From Octopus sinensis (taxonomy: Eukaryota), in contig NC_043007.1 of the NCBI RefSeq assembly GCF_006345805.1, positions 620,001 to 684,000 on the forward strand: a DNA stretch of 64,000 nt, in the 5' to 3' direction. Of this stretch, positions 63,801-64,000 are shown piece after piece. Below the pieces are notes generated by a model that made no database searches, had not been told where the DNA came from, and saw only the letters and a list, made by a program, of their open reading frames with translations. Both the position numbers and the translations under genes were made by a program. Every line of letters begins with the position of its first letter. The stretch's first letter is position 1.

Positions 63801-64000
63801 CAGATCCACCATCACCACCAACTTCACCTAAACCCCTTCACTGTATGTTATTCTTCTTCATGCAACATCTGTATCGTCTCACTTCTCAAACTTTCTATTA
63901 AATATATTTCCTCAGTTGTTCCTCGAAACTTCCTGCATCGCCCTTGTTTTCTTTCCACTCAAGACCACTTAATAATTCACTCTGAACATATTAATTCCAC

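Overview
AT-rich, microsatellite-saturated eukaryotic DNA with one 100-N scaffold gap (18612-18711). The repeat families look like those of Octopus; this is an inference from the tRNA-derived SINE types, not a database match. I cannot support any host protein-coding gene, rRNA, true tRNA or CRISPR array, and nearly all long ORFs in the track are translated microsatellites. The window is an intergenic or intronic transposon field. It holds about 20 tRNA-derived SINE copies or fragments and remnants of four retroelement lineages (RTE, L1/Tx1, R4/Dong-like, Penelope-like). It also holds DNA transposon remnants: a DD36E Tc1, two mariner families, a hAT MITE with an 8-bp TSD and a Tigger-like MITE. 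Main signals: (1) an L1/Tx1 LINE sits inside a (GATA)n array, and its exact 3' terminus recurs twice inside another (TATC)n array, suggesting a GATA-microsatellite-targeting retrotransposon next to a Dong-like element abutting (TAA)n; (2) nine minimal type-I hammerhead ribozyme or hammerhead-like motifs from about six unrelated short repeat families, most with a palindromic loop III, including one family fixed for a non-canonical CUGUUGA/CUGUAGA core; (3) a DD36E (Incomer-type) Tc1 remnant; (4) a TSD-bounded SINE dimer and a fold-back SINE hairpin that break at the same internal motif.
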